From: an uncultured Eubacteriales bacterium
GTDB taxonomy: Bacteria; Bacillota; Clostridia; Lachnospirales; Lachnospiraceae
Direction: 5' to 3'
DNA: 64,000 bases
Assembly (NCBI GenBank): GCA_900314565.1
Contig: OMVU01000006.1
Coordinates: forward strand, 66,074-130,073
A model generated the notes under the pieces. That model was not told where the DNA came from. It saw only the letters and a program-made list of their open reading frames with translations, and searched no databases. This document shows positions 1 through 9,545 of this stretch, one piece after another. Position 1 is the stretch's first letter. Every line of letters begins with the position of its first letter. The position numbers and the translations under genes were made by a program.

Positions 1-1185
1 GCGACGGACGTGAACGGAAGCGTTTTTGCCTCTCAGGCGGTAGACTTCATGAAAGAGACTCTCGGAATCCAGGGGGTCTCCCTCCTCCTTATGCGGACAC
101 AGGACCAGGCTGCAAAGACATCCGGTCAGGAGGCGGCCGGCGCGTCTGTCAAAGAAGCCGGAGCGGATACGGATTATGCGGAGGTAAAGGCAATCTCCGA
201 TGAGGCGAAGGAAAAGGACCGTCTGGAGAAGGAGCGTGAGGCCGAAGAGACCGGATCTCCGCCGTCTGCTACCGAGGCGGAGATCGCCGCGGACAATGCG
301 GAGAAGAAATATGTCAATCCTCTTCCGGACATAGCCGAACTCAGGAGGAGGACTATCCTCTCACTCGTCGTCTCAGACATGTCGTCCCTGTCGGACAGGA
401 GCGTCGATTCGGGGGAGCTCCTTTCCGGGCGGGAAAAGGAGAGCGGTGTCGGGGTGATCGATGTGCCTCCCGGCATCGGAGGTTTTTATGATCGTCTTCT
501 TTTCGACGAATATATCATGCAGCACTTCGGGAATTATACCGATCCGGAGAAGGCAGGGCCGCTTCTCTATTCCACGGAATATATCCTTCACGGAAAGAAG
601 GATGACAGGGCGAATCTGGAAGCGCAGGTCATCCGGCTGCTCGCGGTCAGGGAGGCTGTCAATCTGGTCGCGCTCTACACGGATCCCACATTGCGTTCCG
701 AGCTTTCTGCAGTTTCTGCCGGGATAGCGGCGATGCTTTTTATTCCGGAAGCGTCCGATGTTATACAGGCGGTCCTCGCTGTGGGCTGGGCCTTCTGTGA
801 GAGTATTGTGGATGTGACGGCACTGCTTCGGGGAATGGGAAATGCCATCTGCAAGGACAGCTCGACCTGGCAGGTCCCGGTGGAGAGCATTGCCGCTCTT
901 CTTGCCGGAGGCGCGCAGAGCCTGGTGAGAAATGTGCCCGGGGGAATCACGTATGAGGATTATCTGAGGGTCGACATGCTGTTAAAGGGCGGGGATGACC
1001 TGATCGTGCGTACCATGGATATGGCAGAGGGTGTGATCAGAGCCGGAGAAAGAAGCGCGTTCAGGCTGGACTGTTGTGTGGAGTCGCTTTCCGTGGAAAT
1101 GAAAGTGCGGTCTGAAGATCTGATCCTCCTTGTGGCGGAGAAGAAGGGGTCCTACCGGGAGTATACAAGAAAGCAGGAATCCTGA
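1..1185 (+). CDS. DUF5702-family protein of Tad/Flp pilus locus, 5'-truncated by window edge
   Basis: Frame open from position 1. C-terminal motifs EYILHGK..D..NL, GWAFCESIVDV and TYEDYLR..L..RTMD as recalled for DUF5702; sits upstream of TadE-like genes and a prepilin peptidase. Confidence 0.7.
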   Translation, partial: ATDVNGSVFASQAVDFMKETLGIQGVSLLLMRTQDQAAKTSGQEAAGASVKEAGADTDYAEVKAISDEAKEKDRLEKEREAEETGSPPSATEAEIAADNAEKKYVNPLPDIAELRRRTILSLVVSDMSSLSDRSVDSGELLSGREKESGVGVIDVPPGIGGFYDRLLFDEYIMQHFGNYTDPEKAGPLLYSTEYILHGKKDDRANLEAQVIRLLAVREAVNLVALYTDPTLRSELSAVSAGIAAMLFIPEASDVIQAVLAVGWAFCESIVDVTALLRGMGNAICKDSSTWQVPVESIAALLAGGAQSLVRNVPGGITYEDYLRVDMLLKGGDDLIVRTMDMAEGVIRAGERSAFRLDCCVESLSVEMKVRSEDLILLVAEKKGSYREYTRKQES

Positions 1186-1330
1186 AAGTCCGGGTGTTCC
1201 TGCTGCGGCGCGCACAGTGCAGAACATAAACGCTGCTGCGCGGCCGCGATCGCAGGCAATCCGGCGAAGGAACGGGACGCAGTACACTTACTTCATTTAC
1301 GCGGCTGCAATTCTACGGAGGTGCAGAAGA

Positions 1331-2167
1331 ATGTCTTTTTCGGGAAAAATAGTTAAGAAAGAAGGACCTTCCGGATCGCGGATCGAGGGACACTCGGAAA
1401 AGGCATCCTCCTGCATCTTGGTGAGAGGCAGGACGGTTTTGCGAAGTCGGGTCAGGCGGGGGCACAAAAAACGGGGGTTCATGTGCTCCCGCCGCCGGAA
1501 ATGGCATAAGGCATCAGGCTCGCTGACTGTGGAGTGCGCTTTTGCGCTTCCCCTCTATCTGTTCGCGGTCATCACGCTCGCCTGCTATATGATGACCATC
1601 GGGATCCAGGTCCGTGAGGACCTTTCCCTTTCCGGGAAGGCCCGGAAAATTGCCATGTACACCGGCGGAGTCGGAACAGGGTCATCCGACCTTTGGATCG
1701 ATCTGCCGAAAACGTACACTTTCCGGTATCCTGCCGCGGTATTCGGTCCTCAGAGTACGCGGATCGCCCTGAGGGCCCGTGTCCACAGCTGGACGGGCTA
1801 TGCCGGAGACGACGATGTCTCCGAAGAAGACGGGAGTTCTTCCGGGAAGACTGTCTATGTAACGGAAAACAGAGAAGTATATCATACACACGCCGACTGC
1901 ACGCATCTTACGCTCTCGGTCATGCGGACAGATATTTCCAACGTGAAAAATATGCGGAACGCATACGGAAAGCGTTATAAGAAATGCAGAGGATTTCCGG
2001 AAAATTACAACGGTCCGGTCTATCTGACCGAGAAGGGAGACTATTATTATCCCTCGTCCGATTACAACAGTCTGGTAAGGCACGTCAGTGTGACGGAGCA
2101 GTCAGAGTGCGGGGATCTCTGTCTGTGCGAGCGCTGCGCGGCGCGGGACAGGAAGGAGGCTGCCTGA
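1331..2167 (+). CDS. TadE-like minor pilin with C-terminal Cys/His-rich domain (start 1331 or 1481)
   Basis: GSLTVECAFALP plus hydrophobic helix is a TadE-type prepilin motif. GGAGG lies about 9 nt before ATG 1331; alternative ATG at 1481. Stop overlaps the next start (TGATG). Confidence 0.7.
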   Translation: MSFSGKIVKKEGPSGSRIEGHSEKASSCILVRGRTVLRSRVRRGHKKRGFMCSRRRKWHKASGSLTVECAFALPLYLFAVITLACYMMTIGIQVREDLSLSGKARKIAMYTGGVGTGSSDLWIDLPKTYTFRYPAAVFGPQSTRIALRARVHSWTGYAGDDDVSEEDGSSSGKTVYVTENREVYHTHADCTHLTLSVMRTDISNVKNMRNAYGKRYKKCRGFPENYNGPVYLTEKGDYYYPSSDYNSLVRHVSVTEQSECGDLCLCERCAARDRKEAA

Positions 2168-2616
2168 TGGAGGAGGGATTGAAGACAGCAGGGATCCTTC
2201 TTCCGCTTTTGATGCTGTCTGCCGGTACCTGGACAGATATCAGGGAGAAGCGTGTTGATGTCCGTCCGATCCTGCTTGCGGGACTTGCAGGGATCGCGAT
2301 CCGGATCATCGTGAGGGATGAGGGTATCCCGGTGCTCCTTGCAGCATTGACTCCGGGGATGCTCCTTCTTGCTGTGGCGCTCACGAGCCGCGGGGGAGTC
2401 GGGATGGGGGACGGACTCTGTGTGCTGGTCCTCGGACTGTATTTTCCGCCGGAGGAGGTCTGGATGATCCTGTTCCTGGCACTATGCTTCGGAGGTGTCA
2501 TGGGAGTATTCCTCCTTTTTCGCGGGAGAGGGCGGGGACATTCCTTCCCTTTTCTCCCATGCCTGCTCGTTGGATCCCTGTGCTGTGAGATCGCGCGGAT
2601 GATCCTCCTTGGATGA
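2167..2616 (+). CDS. Prepilin peptidase, A24 family (TadV/CpaA-like)
   Basis: Hydrophobic 149-aa protein with TDIREKRV and GGVGMGD aspartate motifs; ATG overlaps the upstream stop. Confidence 0.85.
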   Translation: MEEGLKTAGILLPLLMLSAGTWTDIREKRVDVRPILLAGLAGIAIRIIVRDEGIPVLLAALTPGMLLLAVALTSRGGVGMGDGLCVLVLGLYFPPEEVWMILFLALCFGGVMGVFLLFRGRGRGHSFPFLPCLLVGSLCCEIARMILLG

Positions 2617-2710
2617 CTTCACAGAATAGTTTTCTGCTGTGTATTGGGAAAAGCGCCCTGTGCGGTGCGGCAGGAGCGCCTTGGCGTTCGGAATTGAGGT
2701 GATGTGTGAA

Positions 2711-3085
2711 ATGTACAGGAAATATAAGCTCATGGGATCTCTGACAGTGGAAGCTGCCCTTCTTATGCCGGTCATTTTTCTTGTGGTCTTTATGTCCCTC
2801 TACCTGACGGTCCACATACACAATCGGGTGTGGATCGGTGCCTGCGCCGCCGAGCAGGCTGTGAGCGGACGTGTACAGCCCGATCCGGACCTTCTGTTCG
2901 CCGGAAAAATGACTTCGGAACGGTCGGAATCGGACAGCGCGCGATCAGTTCTTATCCGGGGGGAGACGGTGTATTTTACCGGGCAGGTCCTCTGGAGTAC
3001 GGACGCTTCCGCGCGCTATGAGATCTGCCGGCCGCTGCCGTACCTGTGGAGGATCAAGGCGGCGAAGGGGCTGACAGAACGATGA
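2711..3085 (+). CDS. TadE-like pilin-family protein
   Basis: GSLTVEAALLMP followed by a hydrophobic segment; GAGG upstream (start 2702 or 2711). Confidence 0.7.
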   Translation: MYRKYKLMGSLTVEAALLMPVIFLVVFMSLYLTVHIHNRVWIGACAAEQAVSGRVQPDPDLLFAGKMTSERSESDSARSVLIRGETVYFTGQVLWSTDASARYEICRPLPYLWRIKAAKGLTER

Positions 3086-3169
3086 CCAGGACTTCCCGGT
3101 CGCTGCTATATTCATTTACGCGGGAAGTTTTTGTGATGACAGATGTGTTTTTTGGGAAGGGGGCTCTGT

Positions 3170-4723
3170 GTGGAGGTAAAATTTCATCGGGATGTCAATC
3201 ATAACTACATGATGCTTCAGAGCGTGGAAACGCCGGATCCGGATGCCTATGAGAACCGGGTGATCCTTGCCAACCGGATCCGTGGTCTTCTGCCCTGCAG
3301 GCTCCTGTACCTGAACGGGGACACCTATTACAGCTTTGATATCACGTCCATGCAGAGCCTGGAGATCCTTCGCGGACGCCGGATCTTATCGGGAGACGGT
3401 TTTTCCTCTTTTTTCTATGAGCTGATCGATGTCCTCTGCGGGCTGGAGGAGTATCTGCTCGACTTTGACCATCTTATCCTGACTCCCGACAAGATTTATA
3501 TTGATCCGTCCGGGGGAAAAATCGGCCTGGTGTATTTTCCCTCTTTCAGGAAGGACATCAGGGAGAGCCTCAGAGAGCTCGTCGAATATCTTCTCACGGG
3601 AACAGATCCGGACGACCGGCGGACGACGCTCCTCGGATACAGAGTGTATCATGCTCTCCGGAAGGAGGAGCTTCTGCTGGGCGAGCTCCGGGGCCTCTTA
3701 ACTGAATCCGAACCTGACACAGAAACCCCGGAAAGACCGGGGAAGAACCGATTTTATGAGAAGGATGTGATTGGTCCTTCTCAGCAGAAATATGCGGAAA
3801 TACATTCCGGCGGGGACTCCGGTGTGACATATTCGGAGACATACCGCTCCGGTTCGGGACCGGTAACGGCGTCTTACAGTAAGGCGGAGAAGGTCCCGAA
3901 GCTGGCGGTCATCGTATTTTTGACGGTAGGTCTCCTGTCCACAGCCATCACCTATGCCTTCCTGCATCTCGGACTCGGCAGGATCCTTGCGGAACACAGT
4001 GACCTCCTCATACGGATCGGCGGTGCATGTGCGGTCATTCTGCTTTTTGCGGCTGCCTTTCATTTTGCGGGAAAAAGCAGGAAAATGAACACCCGGGATG
4101 TCGGTATGCCCGAAGAAGAATTCTCCGGATATGATCCGGAGTGCTTTTCGGACGCCGGTCTGCGTGAGGAATGGGAAGATCTGTCAGGAGAAGCAGGAAA
4201 ATTCCGTAAAGACCCGCCGGTAGAAGCGGGGAAATTCCGTAGAGACCCGCCGGTAGAAGCGGGGAAATTCCGTAAAGACCCGCTCGGTGAACCCGGGGAG
4301 TCCATCAAAAGTCCTTTTCGGGAAATTTCTCCCGGAACAGAACATGAGGAAGACTATACCTGCCTTCTCCGTATGGAGCGTAAGGGGGAGGATCCGGGAG
4401 CGTCCGCCCGGCTCGTGCCATTAAGAGACGATGAAGACAGTGATCTCACAGAGATCACGCTCTTTGAGGGAACAGTTATCATAGGAAAGAGCGGGGAGCT
4501 CTCGGACAGAGTGATTCCCAGGGCTACAGTGAGCCGTGTGCATGCCAGGATCAGATTTTCCGAAGGGGCCTGTTACATAATGGACGTGAACAGCAGGAAC
4601 GGGACATTCCGGAACGGGGAGATTCTTCCGGGAGGGGAAGAGGTGAGGATCTCCGACGGAGACGAAATCTCATTTGCAGACGCAGGTTATCGGTTCCATA
4701 TGGACGGAAATAAAGAGACATGA
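3170..4723 (+). CDS. DUF6382 + 2 TM + C-terminal FHA domain protein
   Basis: GTG start with GGAAGGGG upstream. N-terminus RDVNHNYMML..ENRVILANRIRGLLP as recalled for DUF6382; FHA motifs IGK..., VSRVHARI, DVNSRNGT. Confidence 0.8.
   Translation: MEVKFHRDVNHNYMMLQSVETPDPDAYENRVILANRIRGLLPCRLLYLNGDTYYSFDITSMQSLEILRGRRILSGDGFSSFFYELIDVLCGLEEYLLDFDHLILTPDKIYIDPSGGKIGLVYFPSFRKDIRESLRELVEYLLTGTDPDDRRTTLLGYRVYHALRKEELLLGELRGLLTESEPDTETPERPGKNRFYEKDVIGPSQQKYAEIHSGGDSGVTYSETYRSGSGPVTASYSKAEKVPKLAVIVFLTVGLLSTAITYAFLHLGLGRILAEHSDLLIRIGGACAVILLFAAAFHFAGKSRKMNTRDVGMPEEEFSGYDPECFSDAGLREEWEDLSGEAGKFRKDPPVEAGKFRRDPPVEAGKFRKDPLGEPGESIKSPFREISPGTEHEEDYTCLLRMERKGEDPGASARLVPLRDDEDSDLTEITLFEGTVIIGKSGELSDRVIPRATVSRVHARIRFSEGACYIMDVNSRNGTFRNGEILPGGEEVRISDGDEISFADAGYRFHMDGNKET
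4190..4288 (+). repeat. 33-bp coding tandem repeat x3 (EAGKFRKDPPV)
   Basis: Units start at 4190, 4223 and 4256: gaagc(a/g)gg(a/g)aaattccgta(a/g)agacccgc... Confidence 0.9.
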
Positions 4724-4772
4724 GATGCATAAGGACGGAGAGGGACAGGGCAGAAGGTGCTTTTACGAATTA

Positions 4773-4801
4773 TTGCGGGGCAGCGGCAAAAGTACTATAC
4801 T
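4773..4801 (+). promoter_or_regulatory. Putative sigma-A promoter for the HIT gene
   Basis: TTGCGG-17 nt-TATACT. Confidence 0.5.
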
Positions 4802-4855
4802 TAATTACAGGTGCGGATCCGGAAGGGATCCGAATAAATGATGAAGGAGGACGTC

Positions 4856-5266
4856 ATGTCTGATTGTATTTTCTGTAAACTTGCCGGAGGAGAGATCCCG
4901 ACTGCGACCTTATATGAAGATGATGATTTTCGTGTGATCCTTGATGCGGGTCCGGCTACAAAGGGGCACTGCCTGATCCTTCCGAAGGAGCACTATGCGG
5001 ATCTGTACGAGATCCCGGAGGATCTTCTCATGAAGGCGGCGGTGCTGGCGAAGAAAATCGCCATTAAGATGACCCGTGCGATGAACTGCGACGGCTTTAA
5101 TATTGTCCAGAATAATAAGCCGGCGGCAGGGCAGACTGTATTTCATTTCCACATTCACCTGATTCCGAGATATACAGATGACAGGCAGAAAATTCTCTGG
5201 AAGCCGGGCGAACTGACTCCCGAGGCGGCAAAAGAGATCCTTTCTCTCTTTGAGGCTGCAGAGTAA
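4856..5266 (+). CDS. hit: HIT family nucleotide hydrolase
   Basis: DCIFCKL..GEIP N-terminus and HFHIHLIPR histidine triad; AAGGAGG before ATG 4856. Confidence 0.92.
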   Translation: MSDCIFCKLAGGEIPTATLYEDDDFRVILDAGPATKGHCLILPKEHYADLYEIPEDLLMKAAVLAKKIAIKMTRAMNCDGFNIVQNNKPAAGQTVFHFHIHLIPRYTDDRQKILWKPGELTPEAAKEILSLFEAAE

Positions 5267-5303
5267 TGAAATAAAATATCGGCGGCGATCCGCCGGAGAA
5301 TTA

Positions 5304-5364
5304 AAAAACAAAGCCCGGCACAGCGGACGATCGATCGGATCATCCCTGTGCCGGGCTTTTGTTT
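5304..5364. terminator. Bidirectional intrinsic terminator between hit and murG
   Basis: AAAGCCCGGCACAG (5310-5323) pairs with CTGTGCCGGGCTTT (5346-5359); flanked by A and T runs. Confidence 0.75.
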
Positions 5365-5374
5365 CTACTTGCAA

Positions 5375-5502
5375 AAACTTCCCACACGCATTAACGTGAC
5401 TGCGACCGGGAATAAATAATTTCCAAAGTCGGGCGTCCGAGCACGGCCGGTACTTCTTTCTTTTAATGCCGAAGGCTGCAAAAGAAAATTCCGGGAGCCT
5501 CA
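5375..5502 (+). repeat. Repeat family B copy with internal deletion of the right arm
   Basis: Nearly identical to 52394-52502, then jumps directly to ATTCCGGGAGCCTCA, the far end of the full copy. Confidence 0.85.
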
Positions 5503-5539
5503 GGAAACTGGATGTGGAAGTTTTTGTTGCTTTTCTTCC

Positions 5540-6610
5540 TTACGCGCCTCTCCTGTTCTCTTCGATCAGCTTTACGATGACCGAGACCGCGTCGGACTGG
5601 TCGCTTTTTGACATCGCGTCGATGTAGGTCTGCCTCTTCTCGTAGAGGTCATCCACAGCCTGGAGGAGCGTCATCGTCGTGAGCGATTCTTCCTCTATGA
5701 CGACGGAAAATCCCTGATTCTCAAAACTCCGCGCGTTCAGGATCTGGTCTCCGCGGCTCGCCTTGGCCGAAAGCGGGATCAGCAGATTTGGCTTTCTCAG
5801 CGACGCGATCTCGCAGATCGCGTTCGCACCTGCGCGGGAGATGACAAGATCGGCCATCGCGAAGAGATCAGCCATCTCCTCCTTGATATACTCGTACTGG
5901 ACATAGCCGGGTCTTCCGACCAGACTTTCATCGAGCTTTCCCTTTCCGCAGAGATGAACGACATCGTAGCGGACAAGAAGCTCGGGGAGCGCTTCACGGA
6001 TAGCTGTGTTGACGGCCATGGCCCCGAGAGAGCCTCCGGTCACCATGATCACGGGCTTTTCTCCGGAAAATCCGGTAAATGCAAGGCCCTTTTCCCTGCT
6101 GCCGCGCATTAGCTCCGCCCGGATGGGCGTACCGGTCAGGACTGCTTTCCCTTCGGGGAGATTCTTCAGGGTCTCCGGAAAGTTGCAGCAGATCACTTTC
6201 GCCATCGGAAGACAGATCTTGTTGGCAAGGCCCGGAGTCATGTCGGATTCATGGGAAATGACCGGAATATGCAGATGATATGCTCCGCGGACGACCGGTA
6301 CTGCGACAAATCCTCCTTTAGAGAAGACGATATCCGGATCGATCTCCTTCAGGATTTTCCGGGCTTCCCCGATCCCCTTGATGACCCGGAACGGGTCGGT
6401 AAAGTTCTTCGGGTCAAAATATCTTCGGAACTTTCCGGTAGCGATTCCATAGTAGGGGATTTTGTAGTCCTCGATGAGCTTTCGCTCCATCCCGTCGTAG
6501 GATCCTATATAGCTGATCTCGTATCCTTTTTCAAGGAGAGCCGGGATCAGGGCGATATTCGGTGTCACGTGTCCGGCAGTACCGCCGCCGGTCAGTACGA
6601 TTTTTTTCAT
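5540..6610 (-). CDS. murG: UDP-GlcNAc:lipid I N-acetylglucosaminyl transferase MurG
   Basis: TGGGTAGHV, SKGGFV, HESD, GGSLGA, SRAGAN and GDQILNA motifs. Confidence 0.96.
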   Translation of the reverse strand: MKKIVLTGGGTAGHVTPNIALIPALLEKGYEISYIGSYDGMERKLIEDYKIPYYGIATGKFRRYFDPKNFTDPFRVIKGIGEARKILKEIDPDIVFSKGGFVAVPVVRGAYHLHIPVISHESDMTPGLANKICLPMAKVICCNFPETLKNLPEGKAVLTGTPIRAELMRGSREKGLAFTGFSGEKPVIMVTGGSLGAMAVNTAIREALPELLVRYDVVHLCGKGKLDESLVGRPGYVQYEYIKEEMADLFAMADLVISRAGANAICEIASLRKPNLLIPLSAKASRGDQILNARSFENQGFSVVIEEESLTTMTLLQAVDDLYEKRQTYIDAMSKSDQSDAVSVIVKLIEENRRGA

Positions 6611-6767
6611 TTGTGACCTTCTTTCAATGGGTTATGATATAATTGTATTATAAGTTCCGGAAGCCGGACTTCCGGGATGAACGGATCGAGGCCGGGCCCG
6701 ATATGGATTATTATAAACGAAAGCTTCTGTTTATTCCAGTACTTACTCATGACGGGAGGAGAGCGCT

Positions 6768-8381
6768 ATGAAACTGACCTTTATCGGAGCAGACCGCGAA
6801 GTGACGGGGAGCTGCCATTTTCTGCAGGCTGCCGACAAGAATATTCTCATAGATTACGGTATGGAGCAGGGAATCGATACATATGAAAATATCCCGCTTC
6901 CGATCAGTCCGTCAGAGATTGATTTTGTGCTGCTCACGCACGCGCACATTGACCACAGCGGGAATCTTCCGCTCCTGGCGATGGAGGGATTCACAGGACA
7001 GATCTACGCGACGCCTGCGACCTGCGATCTCTGCGATATCATGCTGCTCGACTCTGCTCACATTCAGGAGTTTGAAGCGGAGTGGAGGAACCGCAAAGGA
7101 AAGCGCCAGGGCAAAGAGCCCTACGTTCCTTACTATACTACAGAGGACGCCGAGCGGATCCTCAGGCAATTCGTCGAGATGGAGTATAATACAGTCTATG
7201 AGGTAAGCCCCGGGATCAAAGTCAGATTCAATGACGTCGGCCATCTTCTGGGATCCTCGGCGATCGAAGTCTGGGTCACAGAGGGAGAGGAGACGATCAA
7301 GATCGTCTTCTCCGGCGATGTCGGAAATGAGAATCAGCCGCTCATCAGGGATCCGGGGAAGATAACCGGGGCGGACTATGTCGTGATGGAATCGACCTAT
7401 GGAAACCGGAGCCATGGACCGAGGATCGATTTTGCGGCGGAGCTTGCGAAAGTCATTCAGCGCACGTTTGACCGGGGAGGAAATGTCGTCGTCCCCTCCT
7501 TCGCAGTCGGACGCACACAGGAAATGCTCTATTTTATCCGGCAGATCAAGGAAGCGCATATGATCGAAGGACATGACGGCTTCAAGGTCTATATGGACAG
7601 CCCTCTTGCCCTGAAAGCGACGGAGATTTTCAATGAGCATACGGCAGACTGCTTTGATGACGAGGCAAAGGAGCTTGTGATGAAAGGGATCAACCCGATT
7701 TCCTTCCCGGGACTCTGCCTTGCGACCACCGCAGATGAATCCAGGGCGATCAACTTCGATATGGAACCGAAGGTGATCATTTCCGCAAGCGGCATGTGCG
7801 ATGCAGGCCGGATCAAGCATCATCTGAAGCATAACCTGTGGAGGGAGGAATGCACGATCCTGTTCGTCGGCTACCAGGCCGAAGGGACTCTCGGGCGCAG
7901 GCTTCTTGACGGGGTGGAGGAAGTAAAGCTTTTCAACGAGCCGATCACTGTGGAGGCGGAGATCGTTTCCCTGCAGGGAATCTCGGGACACGCAGACCGG
8001 GAAGGCCTTGTGGACTGGGCGGCAGGTTTTGAATGCAAGCCCCGCAGGTGCTTTATCGTGCACGGAGATGACAGTGTCGTGGACGGATTCGCGGAGCTGC
8101 TCCACGAAGAGCTCGGATGGGATGCGACAGCGCCCTATTCGGGAACGGTCTATGATCTCACGACGAATACGTGCCTTCTGGAGACCCATGGTGTTCCTGC
8201 GGAAAGGAAGGCGGAGAAGGCAGGCTCTTCCGAGAGCGCGAAGGCCACGCCGTACGTGCGGCTTGAAAAGACCGGCGAGCGCCTTATGGCGATCATTCGG
8301 CAGAACCGGAAGCTGTCCAACAAGGACCTGGCGAAGTTCGCGGATCAGCTGAACGCGCTGTGTGATAAGTGGATGAGATGA
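6768..8381 (+). CDS. MBL-fold beta-CASP metallo-hydrolase (RNA-processing family)
   Basis: THAHIDHSG, GHLLGS, MESTYG, SGMCDAGRIKHHL and SGHAD motifs. Confidence 0.9.
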   Translation: MKLTFIGADREVTGSCHFLQAADKNILIDYGMEQGIDTYENIPLPISPSEIDFVLLTHAHIDHSGNLPLLAMEGFTGQIYATPATCDLCDIMLLDSAHIQEFEAEWRNRKGKRQGKEPYVPYYTTEDAERILRQFVEMEYNTVYEVSPGIKVRFNDVGHLLGSSAIEVWVTEGEETIKIVFSGDVGNENQPLIRDPGKITGADYVVMESTYGNRSHGPRIDFAAELAKVIQRTFDRGGNVVVPSFAVGRTQEMLYFIRQIKEAHMIEGHDGFKVYMDSPLALKATEIFNEHTADCFDDEAKELVMKGINPISFPGLCLATTADESRAINFDMEPKVIISASGMCDAGRIKHHLKHNLWREECTILFVGYQAEGTLGRRLLDGVEEVKLFNEPITVEAEIVSLQGISGHADREGLVDWAAGFECKPRRCFIVHGDDSVVDGFAELLHEELGWDATAPYSGTVYDLTTNTCLLETHGVPAERKAEKAGSSESAKATPYVRLEKTGERLMAIIRQNRKLSNKDLAKFADQLNALCDKWMR

Positions 8382-8506
8382 GTCCCTCGGAGCGAAGCCG
8401 CGCAGTTCGATCAGGAAGGGTGATCTGTGCCCTGCGCGGCGCGGCCTGAAAGCCGGGGCATTCCCTGAAAGAAAAAGGTGCAGGCACGAGGTGCTCTGCG
8501 CGTAAA

Positions 8507-8567
8507 AGAAGTAAAAAGCAGCCGGAGATCCGTGATGAGGAAATCCGACTGCTTCTTTATTTTTCAA
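8507..8567. terminator. Probable bidirectional terminator
   Basis: AAAAAGCAGCCGGA...TCCGACTGCTTCTTTATTTTT between convergent genes. Confidence 0.5.
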
Positions 8568-8632
8568 TTCTGTCTGTTGCTGCCCCTGAATCTCAGGACT
8601 TTTTCCCTGCGGCAGAGACCTTCCGCGTAATC

Positions 8633-9202
8633 TCAGAATTTGAATCCGGTCAGCGCGGAGAGCAGGGACATTCCGCTCGATGCGGAGTCAGAAGCAGATG
8701 CCTGCGGTTTTGCGGAGGCTGCGCCGAATATACCGATGAGATCTTTCATATCAAGGCCATCACTCAGATCTATGCCGGACTGCTGCTGTGAGACCGCAGT
8801 ATCCTTTGCTGCTGAGACGCCGGAAAGAAGGGCGGGAGCGATGTTTGCGAGCACAGAGCCGACCTGATCGCTGTTCATTCCGCTCTGGGCGGCGAGAGAA
8901 TTCATGACTGACTGGGAGTTTCCTCCGAGGATGTGGCCGATGATCTTCGCGCCGTCCTCTGCATCCGCTTCTTTGACCTGGGTGTCCAGCGAAGCCGTGC
9001 TCTTATGCTGCGTCAGCGCGGAGAGCAGGGAGCTTGCACCGTTCTGGGAAGATGCGTTGCTTGTCATTGCCTTGATGATCAGCGGAAGCGCGAGAATAAG
9101 AAGCTTCTTGATCTGCGCGTTGGAAGCACCGGTCTTTTCAGAGAGGGTGTTGACTGTTGGCTGAGATGTCATAGCGCCTGTGAACAGATTCAATAAATCC
9201 AT
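8633..9202 (-). CDS. DUF937 (YidB-like) family protein
   Basis: ATG at 9202 with GAAAGGAG RBS. Ala/Ser-rich helical protein with DG.KI.GHILG and LA..AP.LL motifs recalled for DUF937. Confidence 0.75.
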   Translation of the reverse strand: MDLLNLFTGAMTSQPTVNTLSEKTGASNAQIKKLLILALPLIIKAMTSNASSQNGASSLLSALTQHKSTASLDTQVKEADAEDGAKIIGHILGGNSQSVMNSLAAQSGMNSDQVGSVLANIAPALLSGVSAAKDTAVSQQQSGIDLSDGLDMKDLIGIFGAASAKPQASASDSASSGMSLLSALTGFKF

Positions 9203-9545
9203 AACCTTTGCTCCTTTCATAAAAGCACATATTTGGTAAAACGGACCAGATAAGACGAATCTTGCATATGGGGTTCCGTTCAGCATAATTATACAATTCC
9301 CGGACCGGACTGTGAAGGAAAAGTTACGGGGATTCTGCGCCGGAGAGTAAAAACGAAGAAACCGGAATGAATATTCATGGACTTTCAGAAGAGAATAGCG
9401 TAATATTAAAATTGTACAAGTTTGGCTGGGAGCCGGTTCTTTTCTTTGTGGATTATCTTGTAAATTCCTGAGAATTGGGGATTATGGGAATGGTATTCAA
9501 AGGGACCGGATCAGTAAAGAACTGCATAGATAGAGGAGGGAGTAT

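Noticed and set aside
1252-1310. c-di-GMP-I riboswitch-like string (GGCAATCC-GGCGAAG-GAACGGGACGCA) inside the Tad locus
   Set aside because: GCAAA is replaced by GCAGT and the P3 motif is missing; the context is tempting but the match is too weak without an Infernal score.
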